Virus record (IMG/VR): IMGVR_UViG_2802429237_000002
Location: 1 to 30,679 of that record
Source of the DNA: a virus
Lineage: Duplodnaviria; Heunggongvirae; Uroviricota; Caudoviricetes
Strand: one strand, 5' to 3'
Length of the DNA: 30,679 nt
The translations under genes were made by a program, and so were the position numbers. Positions 28,455 to 30,679 of the stretch are shown piece after piece (position 1 is the stretch's first letter; each line of letters begins with the position of its first letter). A model generated the notes under the pieces. That model was given only the letters and a program-made list of their open reading frames with translations, did not search any database and was not told the DNA's origin.

Positions 28455-29804
28455 ATGGCTACGTGGCAACAGGGTATTAATTCTGGTGGTTTTCTGGCTG
28501 GCATCGGTACGCAAAACGAGAATGCACCAAAGGCAAGCGACATTAACGCAACGCTTGGTCTGATCCGCGAAAACAATGAGTTGGCTCGCTCAGGTGCAAA
28601 TAACGTTGGTCTGACCGCGTTACGTGGTCTGGCTGGAGTTGCTGATATTTACAATCAGGAACAGCAACAGAAAGCGATTAATGCGTTCAATAAGGTTCAC
28701 GCTGATGCATGGGCTTCTGGTGATCCATCGGGACTATTTAAGTTTGCCCAGGAAAATCCAGCGTTTGTTGCACAGGCACAACAGGCGTTTTCCGGTCTTA
28801 ATGATCAGCAACGTAACGATATGGGCGATTTAGCCATGAGGGCTAACGTCGCTCTTTCTCAGGGACCGGAAGCCTACAGTAAATTCATTACTGACAACAA
28901 GGACAGGTTAAATCGCGTGGGTGCGAATGCTGACTGGATGATTCAGACAGGTATCCAGAATCCAGAGCAGCTATCACACATGCTGACTACTATGTCTCTC
29001 GGTGCGCTTGGACCAGAAAAGGCGTTTGCTGTTCAGGATAAGATGGTTGGTCGCCAGCAGGAGCAGCAAAGAATTAACGAAACCATTCGCAATAATGACA
29101 TGACGAATGCGAGGGCTATTAGGGGGCAGGATCTTTCCTATAAGGCTCAAATGGCAAGACTGAATCACGACAAGTATGTGTTTAAGCAGTCACAGGCGGC
29201 CCTTGAAAGAGCAGGACAACTTCAGGATATGGATGTTTTGTCTCTTAACTCACAGATAGCAGCGACGGGAATTGATCCTCTAACCGGTAAAGCTGCAACG
29301 TCAGCCAGAATGTCTCAGGCTAAGAGATGGCTTGATGGCAACAATAATTACAACAATGCGTTGATTACTGGTGAGCGAGGGATAGAGAAAATTGATTCTT
29401 TGCTTGGTAAGAAGGAGCTTGAAGGTATCGGTCGCTTCGAAGGAAGAAATATAGATGGCTTCACAAGTGCTGAAGGGCTTGCAAACCGTAATGCGATAGA
29501 AGAATTAAAGTCGGGTGCGTTTGTCCAGAACGTGCAGACTATGCGAGGTATGGGTAGCCTCTCCAATGCTGAAGGCCAAAAACTGGAAAACCTGATCGCG
29601 AAACTCGATATAACACAGCCTGAAGAGGTCGTCAGAAAACAGTTATCTGAAATCCGATCGCAATATTCTGTATTTCAAAAGGTTGCAGCAAGGGAGGCTG
29701 AATCAATGGGATATAGTTCATCAGGTTATGACACATATGTTAGTGAGCGAAAATCAGGAAGCGACAGCAATAAGTCCGGTTTCTCGTCTTTATGGGGTGA
29801 TTAA
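28455..29804 (+). CDS. Ejection (internal) protein, P22 gp20-like
   Basis: 449 aa; position and composition consistent with P22 gp20. Confidence 0.65.
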   Translation: MATWQQGINSGGFLAGIGTQNENAPKASDINATLGLIRENNELARSGANNVGLTALRGLAGVADIYNQEQQQKAINAFNKVHADAWASGDPSGLFKFAQENPAFVAQAQQAFSGLNDQQRNDMGDLAMRANVALSQGPEAYSKFITDNKDRLNRVGANADWMIQTGIQNPEQLSHMLTTMSLGALGPEKAFAVQDKMVGRQQEQQRINETIRNNDMTNARAIRGQDLSYKAQMARLNHDKYVFKQSQAALERAGQLQDMDVLSLNSQIAATGIDPLTGKAATSARMSQAKRWLDGNNNYNNALITGERGIEKIDSLLGKKELEGIGRFEGRNIDGFTSAEGLANRNAIEELKSGAFVQNVQTMRGMGSLSNAEGQKLENLIAKLDITQPEEVVRKQLSEIRSQYSVFQKVAAREAESMGYSSSGYDTYVSERKSGSDSNKSGFSSLWGD

Positions 29805-30679
29805 TGGCTAAGGCATGGAAAGATGTTATCGCTTCTCCACAGTATCAGGCGTTAACTGAAGAACAGAAAGCACAGGCTCAAGCGCAATATTTTGATGAGG
29901 TTGTTGCCCCTAAGGCTGGTGACAAATGGGCTGAAGCAAGAGATCAGTTTTATGCAGCATACCCTCCGCCTCAGCAGCAGAAAGAAGAACCATCATTGAT
30001 GCAACAAGCTGGTGATTGGCTCACAGGTGGTCAAAGTGCAGGGCAAATTGCAGAACAGGCTGGTCGTGGTCTGGTAAACATACCATTTGACGTATTGCAG
30101 GGTGGCGCAAGTCTGATTAATGCAATCAGCCAGGGGCTTGGTGGCCCCAAGGTTTTGGATGATGTCTATCGTCCAGTCGATAGACCGACAGACCCTTACG
30201 CGCAAGCCGGTGAAACAATTGGTGGGTATCTCCTGCCAATTGGCACAGCGGCAAAAGCTGCTGGAGCGCCAGCAAAGCTCGCAGGAGACATCGGTTCCGC
30301 AGGAAACATGATTGCCGGTTCTCTTGCTGATGCTGCAAATCAGGAGGGTGATTTTGCACAAAATGCTGCCATTAACGGTGGTATCAATATTGGTGCTCAG
30401 GGGATACTTTCTGGGGCTGGAAGGATCTTAACCTCTAAATCACCTCAAGTTCTTGGTGGCGGGGCAATAAATTCCGCTGCTGATGTTTCGAAAATGGCAA
30501 AGTCTGGTACAGGAAGAGAGATTATTGCCAGACAGTCAGCTAACGTGTCAGACGAAATAGCAAAAGCAGCAGATACTGCTGGAATAGATATCAACGCATT
30601 AACTCCTGGCATGAGATCAGGTAGTCGTGGTCTTGCTCAGGCGGAGGGGATTCTGGTGTCAACGACGGATGAAAAGTGA
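29804..30679 (+). CDS. Ejection protein gp16-like (291 aa; ORF terminates at the last base of the window)
   Basis: Position after the gp20-like gene; Ala/Gly-rich; stop codon TGA at 30677-30679; much shorter than P22 gp16 as recalled. Confidence 0.45.
   Translation: MAKAWKDVIASPQYQALTEEQKAQAQAQYFDEVVAPKAGDKWAEARDQFYAAYPPPQQQKEEPSLMQQAGDWLTGGQSAGQIAEQAGRGLVNIPFDVLQGGASLINAISQGLGGPKVLDDVYRPVDRPTDPYAQAGETIGGYLLPIGTAAKAAGAPAKLAGDIGSAGNMIAGSLADAANQEGDFAQNAAINGGINIGAQGILSGAGRILTSKSPQVLGGGAINSAADVSKMAKSGTGREIIARQSANVSDEIAKAADTAGIDINALTPGMRSGSRGLAQAEGILVSTTDEK

Overview
This window is most of a mosaic lambdoid (P22-like) temperate phage or prophage of an enterobacterial host, read by eye from the sequence and the ORF track; no database search was possible, so all family calls rest on recalled motifs and gene order. 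Left to right: a putative excisionase and small cargo genes (1-2600); a leftward early operon with a DEDDh exonuclease, SSB, Rad52-family annealing protein, Kil- and cIII-like peptides, orphan genes and an N antiterminator with nutL (2600-6330); a P22-type immunity region with OL/pL, c2-like repressor, OR/pR, cro, nutR and cII-like gene (6370-7800); replication genes with an internal iteron origin (7970-10170); a lambda-like nin region and Q, followed by pR'/qut and tR' (10780-15100); a phage-21-type lysis cassette (15370-16520); a KilA-N gene cluster; and a P22-type head module from small terminase (with a pac-like site) to ejection proteins (18006-30679). The most unusual items are a perfect (GAGCCA)x12 repeat encoding (Glu-Pro)12 in a small gene between the coat gene and gp4, terminator-gated orphan genes between N and cIII, an SSB with a 15-residue extension past its DDDIPF tip, an N protein whose arginine-rich motif is matched by identical boxB hairpins in nutL and nutR, and an AT-rich island with a PerC-like regulator. 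No tRNA, rRNA, CRISPR array, integrase or transposase was found.
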